A stretch of DNA of 38,216 bases from an uncultured Anaerolineales bacterium (GCA_964351925.1 CAYGQI010000001.1:30505-68720), one strand, 5' to 3'. Shown: positions 9,103-18,758, counted from the stretch's first letter. Numbers and translations: made by a program. Notes: generated by a model not told the origin, from the sequence alone.

Positions 9103-9522
9103 ATGGGAGATCACTACTATCAATCAGACACAGCGGCTGCTGACAGTGACAAGTCCTTCACTGTCCCAGAATCCAGCATGTGGCACGTCGATGCTGTCAC
9201 TGTCAAGCTTACAGGATCAGTCACAGTGGGCAACCGCAGACCATGTGTTGAGTTCAAGGACACGCCCGGCAACGTCGTTGCCTTCGCTACCGCAGGAGCC
9301 ACGACAGCCGCCACTGAGGTACGCTACTACACCTTCTGGCCCGGAGCGCCTAACCTGACCTCCTTCATTGGAGGCGCTACCGCCGATCATCTGAGCACAC
9401 CACTTCCAGAGATGTTGCTGAGGAAGGGATGGACCGTGCGTGTCTACGACATTGCTGCCATCGCCGCTGACTCAGACGCCATGGAAGTGTTCCTGAACTA
9501 CACTCAAGAAAGAACCATGTAG
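9103..9522 (+). CDS. Hypothetical small virion protein
   Basis: 139-aa ORF in the late operon. FTVPESSMWHVDAVTVKLT weakly echoes the 6083/6553 paralog motif. Confidence 0.55.
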   Translation: MGDHYYQSDTAAADSDKSFTVPESSMWHVDAVTVKLTGSVTVGNRRPCVEFKDTPGNVVAFATAGATTAATEVRYYTFWPGAPNLTSFIGGATADHLSTPLPEMLLRKGWTVRVYDIAAIAADSDAMEVFLNYTQERTM

Positions 9523-9535
9523 GGGGAGGTGAGCT

Positions 9536-10669
9536 GTGGCTGAACCTACCTCAACTCTGGCCTCCCTACGACCAGTCATCGGTCGTCGCCTGGGTATGCC
9601 TTTCTTCAAGCTGTTCACCACGACCAGCATTTTGACAGGCACTCCCACAGCGGAGATACTGTATGACAGCGCTCTGACGCAGCCCGACCACTACTGGGAA
9701 GGCTCTTACGTCTATCTCGTGTCAGGCACCTACAAGAGCTCGGTTCGAGAGGTCATCAGCTTCCAGGCTAAGACGGATGCGATGATACTTGACCGCGTAC
9801 ACGGAGGTGCCCCAGCGCCCGCCGATACCTACGAACTTCATACGGGCTGGACAGGCTTCGAACTGAACGACGCCATCAATGCGGCGATCGATTCATCGTT
9901 CCCGGCCTTCTTCGACGTTACCTCAGATGAGACCACGTGCGCGTGCGAGGACACCCTGGAGTACTCTCTGGCAGGCCTTGCCATCACACCCTGGAAGATG
10001 CTTACCATCTGGGTAGAACAACCTACGAATGCAGTTACTGGGCTTGTGGCCACAGCTGATGCTACCCATGTCACGTTGGCATCAACGGACACCTGCGCTG
10101 ACATGGAGACCTTCCCAACTAACTACACCGTCAACATCTACGACGGAAAGGGCAAGGGTCAGGTAAGGACACCATCCGCATACAACAACACCACGAAGCA
10201 GGTGACAGTCGCAGCTTGGACCACGACCCCTGACACCACGTCGAAGTACAAGTACTATGACAAGACGGCCCAGCTTCAAGACTGGCAGCGCTTGTTCCCG
10301 GTGCGCTTTGATCAGAAGGACTGGCCATCCAAGATGTACTTCACGAGCCGCTACAGCGACCTGTGGGGCAACAGGTTCCGCCTACAGTACCTCAACAAGC
10401 CTCTTGCTCTAGCCCTGGAGGACAGCACGACTGTCGTCCCATCTGAATACATCATCCTCAAGGCGCTGTCCCTGCTGTACGCGAACAGGTCGAATGTCAA
10501 CCGCTTCGACCGTTCTCGCTTCGGACAGATGGCCCAGCAGTTTGCCCAAGAAGCGGAGAAGTACAAGAGGGAGCACATGTGGAGCCCGCCTCCGGCCTCC
10601 TTCTGGGCAGATCACGAAGCAGGCGGACGCTATCCACCAACAGACGGCGATCCGATGGGGTGGTTCTAA
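9536..10669 (+). CDS. Hypothetical structural protein
   Basis: GTG start with GGAGG 6 nt upstream. 377 aa. Its stop abuts the next ATG (TAAATG). Confidence 0.6.
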   Translation: MAEPTSTLASLRPVIGRRLGMPFFKLFTTTSILTGTPTAEILYDSALTQPDHYWEGSYVYLVSGTYKSSVREVISFQAKTDAMILDRVHGGAPAPADTYELHTGWTGFELNDAINAAIDSSFPAFFDVTSDETTCACEDTLEYSLAGLAITPWKMLTIWVEQPTNAVTGLVATADATHVTLASTDTCADMETFPTNYTVNIYDGKGKGQVRTPSAYNNTTKQVTVAAWTTTPDTTSKYKYYDKTAQLQDWQRLFPVRFDQKDWPSKMYFTSRYSDLWGNRFRLQYLNKPLALALEDSTTVVPSEYIILKALSLLYANRSNVNRFDRSRFGQMAQQFAQEAEKYKREHMWSPPPASFWADHEAGGRYPPTDGDPMGWF

Positions 10670-13168
10670 ATGGCTAATCCTCCGGTAACAGGAACCATAG
10701 AGCTGGACGGAAAGCCCTACCTGATCAACATCGAGAGCTGGAGGGGGAAGGACATCGTTGACTTCTCCCCTCCTGCCTCTGTTCCGGGCACGGGCACCAT
10801 CTACTCTGACTTGGGCTTGTATCAGCCCATTGCCATGCTGGACTTCAGTCACGGCATCGGCTTCGTTTGGCATACAGACGAGTCGGGGTATCTGAACACC
10901 GAAGGCTACATTGACACACGTCACTCGAACCTTGTCACGCTCTATACCCAGGAGACCCAGAAGACGGGCGGCTTGGCGATGCAGCGGGAAGGTGGGGTGA
11001 CGTTTGGCAACTACATCTACTTCTGGGGCACAGGCGGCGTAGAGCGCTGGAGTTCCGGTTCCGGCTTCGAGACCGTCAACTTCAAGAGCGTGACGGTGGA
11101 TACCGCAGCAGAGGCCAAGGTGACGGCGTCTGCTACCACGACTGCCTCCTTTACTGTAGGGGCAGATGGCAGCAACCGCATGTTGGTCGTCCTGATCGCT
11201 ATGGAGACGACCCAGACTGTTAGCACTATCACCTACGGCGGCGTGTCGATGACCGAGATCGACAGCATCTCATCGACCTCCAAGGTTTGTGCCTATCGCC
11301 TGTTGGCCCCGGCTACAGGAGCCAACACCCTCGCCATTACCCTGGGAGGATCAACGGACTGGGAATACTGTGTCATCTCGCTACTCAATGTGGACCAAGT
11401 CAGCCCGACGGGAGTGGCATCCAAGAACACGGCCTCCGCTCAGACATCGTCATCTATCACCCCCGCTGCCGTAGAGGGGAACTTGGTGCTGGACATCTTG
11501 TACAAGGTGGGAGCATCAACCGACACCTTGACCATCGGAGCTCTCCAGACACAGCGCATGTTGCAGTCTGACTCCAATGCTACGGCTACGCAGGGTGCTG
11601 CATCGACTGAGCCGTGGTCTACAGGCACAACCGTCACGATGAGCTGGACCTGGACGAACGCACGAGACGTCAGGCACATGGGGTTTGCGGTCAACCAATC
11701 TACTCATCTCGTGGCTGTCAACACCATGTTCTCAACGGGCGGCTACCTGTTCATGTGCCCGGACGGAGAGCGTATCAAGAAGTCCTCAACGGGCGGCATC
11801 ACCGCGAGCGGGTGGTCAGATGCTGGTGTGAACAGCAGGTCGGCTGACTACAAGTGGATGGCCATGCACGGAGGCTACGTCTTCGCGGGTAAGGACTCCA
11901 AGTCCATTGTCTACTATGACAGCTCGGAGACCCTAGCCAGCCTGTGCGGCGATCCTGCGGACGACACCACAGAGGTCTATGCTGGAGCCACAAGCGTCTC
12001 AACCATCCAGGGACTGTCCTACAACAACTACTTCTTCGCCTCTCGCCAGGACGGCATCTGGCAGATGGACCAGACAACCACCCCGTACACGATGAAGCCT
12101 GTCCTTCCATTCACGGACGAGGTGTCGAGCTACAACCTGCGCTGCATGAAGGTAAGTAACAGCTACTTGTACTTCTCCGTGCGAGACAGGCTGTATCGCT
12201 GGAATGGCTCTGCGCTGACCGACATCACCCCGAGCCGATTGACAGCCGATTGGCCGTTCGTCATGTATGGTCAATTCGACAACTTCGTGTCATTTGGCAA
12301 GTGGCTCTTCTTCACCGCCCGCACGAGCGCGACCACATACACAGAAAGCATCATCTGTTGGGATGGGGTGGGCTACCACAAGCTGTGCAGCCCGATCACG
12401 ACTGGCGTGGGTTCCATCACCTTCATGACCTACGACACCACCAACAACTACCTATGGTATGGAACAACCGATGGCTCTACTCACTCGATCTTTGAAATCC
12501 CGTTCAACGAGCGATCAGAGTATGCATACGCTCTCTTCCCGATCACGGGCACGAACGCTCTCACCTCAAGCCGAGTTGACTGTGGGTTCAGGCGTGTCAC
12601 GAAGTCAGCTCCGTTTCTACTGATCACAGCGCAGAACCTGACGACCGCCCGCTATATCCGGGTCTACTACAACGTGGATGACACTGGGTGGATTCAGTGG
12701 GCAGACGTCAAGAACGACGGACTGACCCAACTGGACTACCCTGGTGGTCAGATGTCCTTCGAGGCCGAGTCCTTCCTACAGCTGAAGTTCCAGCTCGTGA
12801 CGGACAGCTCATCCCAAAGCCCTATCCTAGAGGGTGCCATCCTGATGGTCATGCTTCGACCGGATGTCCACTGGGGCTACACCTTTGACATCCAGGCCAG
12901 CCGAGGCATGCTCTATGGTGGCTTTGCTGAGAGACGCTCTGCGGCGGACATCAAGGATGACGTCCGTGGAGTACGCAACTCAAAGTCTCCGGTCAAACTG
13001 GTGAGCCCGTTTGGTGAGGTGATCTACGGGTACATCTCATCCGTGAGCGAGACCCCGGTTGAGTACAACGAGGAAGGCGGCATCAGTGCTGGTAAGGCAG
13101 AGATCGAGATGGTACTGCGTTGCTCATTCGTGGAGTCGCTTGAAGTTGGTTCTTCTGAAGAGGGCTAA
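10670..13168 (+). CDS. Beta-propeller-repeat tail protein (nozzle/tubular-B-like) carrying an inserted ~200-aa beta-sandwich-like module
   Basis: About seven blade-like repeats (GNYIYFWG, GGYLFMCPDG, GGYVFAGKD, NNYFFASRQDG, NSYLYFSVRD, GKWLFFTAR, NNYLWYGTTDG). An insert at about nt 11087-11705 resembles the products of 15307-16026 and 16027-16755. Confidence 0.5.
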   Translation: MANPPVTGTIELDGKPYLINIESWRGKDIVDFSPPASVPGTGTIYSDLGLYQPIAMLDFSHGIGFVWHTDESGYLNTEGYIDTRHSNLVTLYTQETQKTGGLAMQREGGVTFGNYIYFWGTGGVERWSSGSGFETVNFKSVTVDTAAEAKVTASATTTASFTVGADGSNRMLVVLIAMETTQTVSTITYGGVSMTEIDSISSTSKVCAYRLLAPATGANTLAITLGGSTDWEYCVISLLNVDQVSPTGVASKNTASAQTSSSITPAAVEGNLVLDILYKVGASTDTLTIGALQTQRMLQSDSNATATQGAASTEPWSTGTTVTMSWTWTNARDVRHMGFAVNQSTHLVAVNTMFSTGGYLFMCPDGERIKKSSTGGITASGWSDAGVNSRSADYKWMAMHGGYVFAGKDSKSIVYYDSSETLASLCGDPADDTTEVYAGATSVSTIQGLSYNNYFFASRQDGIWQMDQTTTPYTMKPVLPFTDEVSSYNLRCMKVSNSYLYFSVRDRLYRWNGSALTDITPSRLTADWPFVMYGQFDNFVSFGKWLFFTARTSATTYTESIICWDGVGYHKLCSPITTGVGSITFMTYDTTNNYLWYGTTDGSTHSIFEIPFNERSEYAYALFPITGTNALTSSRVDCGFRRVTKSAPFLLITAQNLTTARYIRVYYNVDDTGWIQWADVKNDGLTQLDYPGGQMSFEAESFLQLKFQLVTDSSSQSPILEGAILMVMLRPDVHWGYTFDIQASRGMLYGGFAERRSAADIKDDVRGVRNSKSPVKLVSPFGEVIYGYISSVSETPVEYNEEGGISAGKAEIEMVLRCSFVESLEVGSSEEG

Positions 13169-13776
13169 TGGCGTACAGACGCCCGAAGCAGCTTACCTAT
13201 CGGTGGATGCCGACTGCTGGCTCCAAGAAGTCGAAGACCCGCAGAATCAGGATGCCGCAGTCTCCCTATCGTCCTCTCCGCATTCGTGGAAGGGATGCGG
13301 TCAAGGCGAGGGGAGAATGGCAGGTACCGAGGCCGGGCGGGCTGGTTATCCATCGACGCGGCAAGCGCACTCGTACCGAAGGCGTCGATCTGGAATCCAG
13401 GGCCAAGCATGGGCTACGGGGCACTTTGCCAGAGCGCGTCTTCTACAAGGCCCTCGAGGGTCGCTACTTCGTAGCGAACGTAGACTTCGACTTTCAGAGT
13501 TCGATGGACGGGGGGCGGCTGGAGCTTGGGGGCATCTTGGCCGACTTCATCTTCTGGCACCGCAGACTGGTGGTGCAGGTCCAGGGACCGACGCACGAGT
13601 ACTACCTTCGGTTCCGCAAGGACGAGGAGCAGCGAGACGTCCTGACAGACAAGGGCTTCTCCGTATTGGAGATCGATGACGACGATGTATTGGATCAACC
13701 AACGCTTGACGCGTGGCTCCGCCGCAACCTCGATGTTTCAAGAGGTGGTGTTGGCGCTACGTATCGTACTTTGTAA
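13168..13776 (+). CDS. DUF559/Vsr-like endonuclease-fold protein with an Arg/Lys-rich N-terminus
   Basis: TAATG overlap with the upstream gene. The C-terminal TLPERVFYKAL...FDFQ...ADFIFWHRRLVVQVQGPTH...KDEEQRDVLTDKGFSVLEIDDDDVL follows the DUF559 pattern, but has Q-V-Q where E-x-D is expected. Confidence 0.5.
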   Translation: MAYRRPKQLTYRWMPTAGSKKSKTRRIRMPQSPYRPLRIRGRDAVKARGEWQVPRPGGLVIHRRGKRTRTEGVDLESRAKHGLRGTLPERVFYKALEGRYFVANVDFDFQSSMDGGRLELGGILADFIFWHRRLVVQVQGPTHEYYLRFRKDEEQRDVLTDKGFSVLEIDDDDVLDQPTLDAWLRRNLDVSRGGVGATYRTL

Positions 13777-13948
13777 GCTGAACTGGGGATGGATCAGGGG
13801 CTGGCTTGGGTACAAGCTCGCTCGACCATTTCACAAGCTGACAGGTACGCTGGTCTTCACGACGGTGTGGAAGGCCAGGGACCTGACGCATGGAATTGAC
13901 TATGGCATCGTTGGCTTCCGCTGCGTGACCCAGCTGGGCGTGGCCAAG

Positions 13949-14290
13949 ATGATGGGGGACTGGCACAGCGACACCTCCACCATGTATGATGTCAAGTACT
14001 TCGGATATGGCATTGTCGCTACCGCAGAGAACACGGGAGACACAACGCTCTACTCCGAGGTCGAGACCAGAGACGGAGCCACGATGTACTTGGGCGGAGC
14101 GGGCAACTCTATCTCCTTCGTGACCACGCACACCTATGCGTCAGCCTACACTCTAAGAGAGATTGGGTTGCTCTCTGCACTATCCAACGGAACCCTATGG
14201 GACCGCACCGTTCTTTCCCCCACCGTGACCGTCGCTGGCGGCACCGCGGTGGAGTGGACTTACGTGATAACCGCTGTAGCGGGAGGCTAG
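13949..14290 (+). CDS. Hypothetical small tail-module protein (start uncertain)
   Basis: The ORF is open from 13676, but that part overlaps the previous gene. The first ATG after the upstream stop is 13949, with a weak RBS. Loosely resembles the 20656-21081 product. Confidence 0.4.
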   Translation: MMGDWHSDTSTMYDVKYFGYGIVATAENTGDTTLYSEVETRDGATMYLGGAGNSISFVTTHTYASAYTLREIGLLSALSNGTLWDRTVLSPTVTVAGGTAVEWTYVITAVAGG

Positions 14291-14291
14291 T

Positions 14292-14738
14292 ATGGCAAGA
14301 GTTTTCGGTTCAGCAGTCACATCCGAGGTCGCTCTGGCTGCAACTGTGGCCAAGACCGTAGTTCAGCTCGTGGCGGCATCCAATCACAAGGTGGCTCTGC
14401 TGGGATGGGGCGTATTCTTCGATGGCGTCTCAGTGACAGCCGAGCCTATCCAGGTCGTGCTGATGAGACAGACCGACGCGGGCACGGCATCTGCCCTGAC
14501 CTGCCGTCAAACGCAGACCGCCGCTGAGACCCTCCAGACCACGGCCCAGCACACGGCCACGGTTGAGCCTTCGTCAAGCGACATCTTGGATGTCCTTGAG
14601 GTTCACCCTCAGTCTGGCTACGAGATCAAGTTCCCGCCCGGACACGAGATTTGGGTGAACGGCGGGACCCGCGTGGGCATCGTCTGCACGTCTCCGTCTG
14701 TGCTGAACGTCAGAGCCAAGATGTTCTTTGAGGAGTAG
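14292..14738 (+). CDS. Conserved 148-aa tail-module protein, copy A
   Basis: GGGAGG RBS. 89/148 identical residues, with no gaps, to the 18309-18755 product (manual alignment). Confidence 0.7.
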   Translation: MARVFGSAVTSEVALAATVAKTVVQLVAASNHKVALLGWGVFFDGVSVTAEPIQVVLMRQTDAGTASALTCRQTQTAAETLQTTAQHTATVEPSSSDILDVLEVHPQSGYEIKFPPGHEIWVNGGTRVGIVCTSPSVLNVRAKMFFEE

Positions 14739-14960
14739 ATGTACTCAGTCGGAACCCGCTTCGCTTGGCAGAGACGAGCACGTCCGCCTTATGCCGAGGA
14801 CAAGACCTACTGGTACGACGCCAGCAACGTCGTGACCTTCACAGGCATCCTGTCATACATTCTGACGACGCCTGTTACTGGGTTCATCAACTTCTGGACC
14901 ACCGCAGGCAAGACCATCGGCTCGCACTTGGCCTTGATCAAGGTGCCTAGCCGCAAGTAG
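14739..14960 (+). CDS. Hypothetical small protein
   Basis: 73-aa ORF whose ATG directly follows the upstream TAG. Confidence 0.45.
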   Translation: MYSVGTRFAWQRRARPPYAEDKTYWYDASNVVTFTGILSYILTTPVTGFINFWTTAGKTIGSHLALIKVPSRK

Positions 14961-14972
14961 GAGGATACAACT

Positions 14973-15305
14973 TTGGAGCCACTTCGGGGCGTAATGACCG
15001 GATCGAAAGGACAACTCTGCCAGCTGACCTGCGTGGATGATGATGGTATCGCCCAGGACGTCTCTGGCTTCACCGACATCAAGGTCGTAGCTCAGTCAGA
15101 GGACGGGCGCAAGACTGCCATATCCACCGGGGCCTACACGACTGACGGCACGGACGGCAAGGTGCAGTTCTCTTGGGCAGCTAACGACATTGATCGTGGA
15201 GGCGACTGGAAGATTCAGATTGAGTTCCACAAGACCAACACGATCGCCCTGTCCTACATCAGCATCATGGAAGTGGGCGACGCCCTGAGAACCCCGAGCA
15301 CCTAG
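14973..15305 (+). CDS. Hypothetical Ig-like/beta-sandwich small protein
   Basis: TTG start 8 nt after AGGAGG; an alternative ATG is at 14994. The sequence looks beta-rich. Confidence 0.5.
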   Translation: MEPLRGVMTGSKGQLCQLTCVDDDGIAQDVSGFTDIKVVAQSEDGRKTAISTGAYTTDGTDGKVQFSWAANDIDRGGDWKIQIEFHKTNTIALSYISIMEVGDALRTPST

Positions 15306-15306
15306 C

Positions 15307-16026
15307 ATGGCAGACCAGGTCTACTTGCTTGATGACACACATGCCTTGAGCGGCCTGACCACGGGTGCATCGTTTGCCGTCACCGCCGCCTCTGGTACTA
15401 CTTTGCTCGTAGTGCTGGCAAGTGCTCTAGAGAACATCTCCATGTCAGCCTACACCTATGATGGGGACACGATGCCCTACTATGAGCTGGCGTATGGCTA
15501 TGGGGGTGGTGGCTATTCCTGGCTGTGGTATGTCACACCGAAGAGCGGCAGTAAGACGCTCTCCTTTACCTGGAGCGGCAGTCACTACGTTGGGTTTACC
15601 TGTTACCACTTCAAGGACATCTGTGTCTCTACTCCGGTGTACTCAAAGACCCAAGAAGCTGGATATGGCCCCAACTCCACTGGCCCGACTGTCGCAACGA
15701 TCAGCTCTGGGTTCTATGCTGTTCAAGCAGCAGCAACTAACTACGAGACGGACGTCGGTGCCTACCCCATGGACGGCCAGACGACGGACCAACAGTTCGC
15801 AACCTCCGTCAGCGGAAGTGGGGTCTGCTCCCTCTTTCACGATTCTGTAACTGGCGGCTCAGATACCTTTCGTTGGGACTGGCAGGACCACCTTGGATGG
15901 CAGAGCTGGGGGTCTGTGGTTTACCTGCTTCGATCCGAGCTGAGAGTCAAAGAGACCACCGATGTTCGAAGGCCGGTGATGAACTCGGACGTATGGAACC
16001 AGCGTCGAGCTGGGATAGGGTACTAG
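15307..16026 (+). CDS. Beta-sandwich-like module protein (family copy 2)
   Basis: ASFAVTAASGTTLLVVL...YTYDGDTM...PKSGSKTLSFTWSG parallels ASFTVGADGSNRMLVVL...ITYGGVSM...PATGANTLAITLGG inside the 832-aa protein. Confidence 0.6.
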   Translation: MADQVYLLDDTHALSGLTTGASFAVTAASGTTLLVVLASALENISMSAYTYDGDTMPYYELAYGYGGGGYSWLWYVTPKSGSKTLSFTWSGSHYVGFTCYHFKDICVSTPVYSKTQEAGYGPNSTGPTVATISSGFYAVQAAATNYETDVGAYPMDGQTTDQQFATSVSGSGVCSLFHDSVTGGSDTFRWDWQDHLGWQSWGSVVYLLRSELRVKETTDVRRPVMNSDVWNQRRAGIGY

Positions 16027-16755
16027 ATGCCCATCGTCTACGACAACTCTGCCTATGGGGCTTCTGCCTACAGCACATCGTTCACACTGGCCCATACGAT
16101 CACTTCTGGCTCAGGTCTCATTGGGCTGCTAGGTCTAGGCTTGATAGGACTCACAGACCGTATGCCCACCAATGAAACCTACAACAGCGATGCTGCCACA
16201 AACTTGGCTGATAGCTCTGGTGTCTCGATGGATAGGTTTAGAGCGGGCTATCTCTTTCCTCCAGACTCTGGGGCATACAGTTGGGCAGGATCGGCTGGGA
16301 ACTGGGACCTTCTTCTGAGACAATCCATCTCATTCACCGGGGTTGCGTCTCCAACATTCTATCGGGACACAGACGCACACGAAATCTATGCTTTCCAGCC
16401 CACGGCTACTGTCACTCTTACCACAGCGCCCGCCGATGTAGTAGTGTACTGGGGATATGCCCACTCTCAAAACGGAGCTATTGCTGGTAACGGCACTGAC
16501 GTACATGAGTTTGGGACATCTGTGGGCACCTACTATGTCCATGCAGTTCTGGGCTACAAACTGGCAACGTCGGACAGTACGACCATCAACATCACTGGGG
16601 GTTGGGGAACAGATCACTGGAAAGGTGTATGGGCCATTGCTCTCATCAATGGGCCAGCATACGGGTCCGGGCCTGACTTCCCGATAGGATTGGACCGCGG
16701 CCTCGTTGGTCTTGGGGCCAAGCTCCGTAGACGTCAGAGATGGGGGTATAGTTAG
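16027..16755 (+). CDS. Beta-sandwich-like module protein (family copy 3, more divergent)
   Basis: ATG abuts the upstream TAG. TSFTLAHTITSGSGLIGLLGL...PPDSGAYSWAGSAG has the same pattern as the neighbouring gene. Confidence 0.55.
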   Translation: MPIVYDNSAYGASAYSTSFTLAHTITSGSGLIGLLGLGLIGLTDRMPTNETYNSDAATNLADSSGVSMDRFRAGYLFPPDSGAYSWAGSAGNWDLLLRQSISFTGVASPTFYRDTDAHEIYAFQPTATVTLTTAPADVVVYWGYAHSQNGAIAGNGTDVHEFGTSVGTYYVHAVLGYKLATSDSTTINITGGWGTDHWKGVWAIALINGPAYGSGPDFPIGLDRGLVGLGAKLRRRQRWGYS

Positions 16756-18300
16756 ATGACCCTCGGATACGGCGGCGACTTTACCTACACCTACAACAAC
16801 AAGCGTATCCACGTCTTCCACTCAGCAAGCAGCACTTGGGTGTGCCAAAGTGGTGGGGATGTGGAACTACTCGTGATTGCGGGTGGCGGTGGAGGAGGGT
16901 CAAGCTCTCCCACCTATTGGGAAGGTGGCGGTGGTGGAGCAGGCGGGCATATCTATGAGGCATCCCACACCGTAGCACCAGGGAACTATACCGTCACTGT
17001 AGGAGGGGGCGGAGGGACCAACAACAATGGCAATCCCTCCATCTTTGATACTCACACGGCGGTCGCGGGCGGGGCAGGAGGCGGTGGGGTCAACAACGAT
17101 CCTGGTAGTTCTGGAGGATCGGGCGGAGGCGGTGGGGCCTCTGGCGCTGCTGGTGCGTCTGGAACTAGTGATCAGGGATATGCCGGTGGTAATTCAACCA
17201 GCAACAATGGTGGTGGAGGCGGCGGATCAGGCGGAGTGGGCGGCTCTCCAACTACAGCTGGCGTTGGAACTTCCCGCAGTATCACAGGACTTGCTTACAC
17301 CTTCTCCAGTGGTGGAACCGGCAATAATGGAAGCTACGCTCGCGACAGTTACACGGGTCATGGTGGACCGGGCAGCAACACAAGTGGTGGGTCTGGAGGA
17401 ACTGGCGGATCGGGCGTGGTTGTATTGTCCTATGACTGTACGGACACGGCCTACATGTCTGCCGAAGGAACTGGTGGGACCATCACCGCAAGCGGGCTAG
17501 ACAGAATCCACACCTTCACATCCTCTGGCACTTTCACTCCAGTAGGAGGGGCAGGCTACGCCAGAGTTCTTGTAGTGGGTGGAGGTGGTGGTGGAGGTAA
17601 TGGTGGTGGTGAGTGGGAGGCTGGCGGAGGCGGAGGCGGTCACGTCATGTATGACTCACTCTGCTACATCGGTGGGGCTACGACTGTCACAGTAGGAGCA
17701 GCAGTGGGAGCGGCGACTGTTGGTCAGAACTCATCCTTTGGTTCATACAACCTCTCGTTGGGAGGTGGGTACGGAGGTAGTTCATCTCCTGGCGGTCCTG
17801 GTGGTTCTAGCGGTGGCGGAAGCTATTCCCAGAGTGGGGGGTCTGTTCGAGCTGCTATCCCATTTGGGTATGTGGGAGCACATGGAACAAGTGGTCCCAA
17901 CTACGGTGGAGGCGGAGGCGGAGCTGGAGAGGTAGGAAACACGGATGGCGCTCGCTACGGCGGAGACGGTATCATCTGCACCATCTATGACGGCTCCAAC
18001 ATCTATTATGGCGGAGGAGGAGGAGGCGCTCCATCTGGCCCAGGGGGAGATGGGGGTGGTGGAACTGGAACAGGCGGGACCGGGGGCTCAGGTTCAGCCA
18101 ACACAGGCGGCGGCGGGGCAGGCGGCTACTCAAGTGGTGGAGGAAATGGCGGTAGTGGCATTGTCATCGTTCGCTATACTATCCTGCCAGTTGCCGCCCC
18201 TTGGCCAGACTTGATCGGATTGACACAATCGTCTGCTGGTCCCATGCAGACATCCATGAAATCAGCACCACGTAGGCGTAATAGGAACGCCTACTACTAG
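16756..18300 (+). CDS. Glycine-rich tail fibre-type protein with two tandem glycine-rich domains
   Basis: Two similar halves. Half 1: RIHVFHSASSTWV..VELLVIAGGGGGG...GNYTVTVGGGG...GSGVVVLSYD. Half 2: RIHTFTSSGTFTP..ARVLVVGGGGGGG...TTVTVGAAVG...GSGIVIVRYT. Confidence 0.65.
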   Translation: MTLGYGGDFTYTYNNKRIHVFHSASSTWVCQSGGDVELLVIAGGGGGGSSSPTYWEGGGGGAGGHIYEASHTVAPGNYTVTVGGGGGTNNNGNPSIFDTHTAVAGGAGGGGVNNDPGSSGGSGGGGGASGAAGASGTSDQGYAGGNSTSNNGGGGGGSGGVGGSPTTAGVGTSRSITGLAYTFSSGGTGNNGSYARDSYTGHGGPGSNTSGGSGGTGGSGVVVLSYDCTDTAYMSAEGTGGTITASGLDRIHTFTSSGTFTPVGGAGYARVLVVGGGGGGGNGGGEWEAGGGGGGHVMYDSLCYIGGATTVTVGAAVGAATVGQNSSFGSYNLSLGGGYGGSSSPGGPGGSSGGGSYSQSGGSVRAAIPFGYVGAHGTSGPNYGGGGGGAGEVGNTDGARYGGDGIICTIYDGSNIYYGGGGGGAPSGPGGDGGGGTGTGGTGGSGSANTGGGGAGGYSSGGGNGGSGIVIVRYTILPVAAPWPDLIGLTQSSAGPMQTSMKSAPRRRNRNAYY

Positions 18301-18308
18301 GAGGAAAC

Positions 18309-18755
18309 ATGGCAGCTTTGAATGGTGTAGCACTGACGTCTGAGGTGGCCCTTGTAGCGGCTACGCCTAAGACGGTCATCCAGCTGATCGCGGCGTCCAA
18401 CCACAGGGTTCGTGTCCTTGGCTGGGGCGTCTTCTTTGATGGTGTCAGCGCCACGGCTGAGCCAGTGCAGGTGCGTCTGCTCCGTCAGTCCACCGCGGGC
18501 ACGATGTCGGCTTTGACCCCAGTAGAGATGCACCCTGCGGACGAGACGATGCAAACCACAGCCTCGTATGGGGCATCTGCTGAGCCGACAGCCGGTGACG
18601 TACTCGATTGTATCGAGTGCCATCCCCAGGGCGGCTACGAGAAGTGGTTCCCGCCCGGATACGAGGTAATCGTGCCCGGCAGCGGGAGGCTTGGTCTGGA
18701 GCTTACAGCACCAGCAGGCGTGAACGTCAGAGCGAAGTTCTTCTTCGAGGAATAG
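18309..18755 (+). CDS. Conserved 148-aa tail-module protein, copy B
   Basis: AGGAGG RBS. 60% identical, with no gaps, to the 14292-14738 product. Confidence 0.7.
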   Translation: MAALNGVALTSEVALVAATPKTVIQLIAASNHRVRVLGWGVFFDGVSATAEPVQVRLLRQSTAGTMSALTPVEMHPADETMQTTASYGASAEPTAGDVLDCIECHPQGGYEKWFPPGYEVIVPGSGRLGLELTAPAGVNVRAKFFFEE

Positions 18756-18758
18756 TCC

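Noticed and set aside
10409-10924. The - strand ORFs 10409-10924 (171 aa), 16330-16821 (163 aa) and 21377-21901 (174 aa).
   Set aside because: All are antisense to long, RBS-supported + strand structural genes and look like GC-driven shadow ORFs.
13059-13679. A 206-aa + strand ORF in an alternative frame spanning the 832-aa and DUF559-like genes.
   Set aside because: It overlaps two better-supported genes out of frame. Its Arg/Gly/Ala-rich translation has no motifs.
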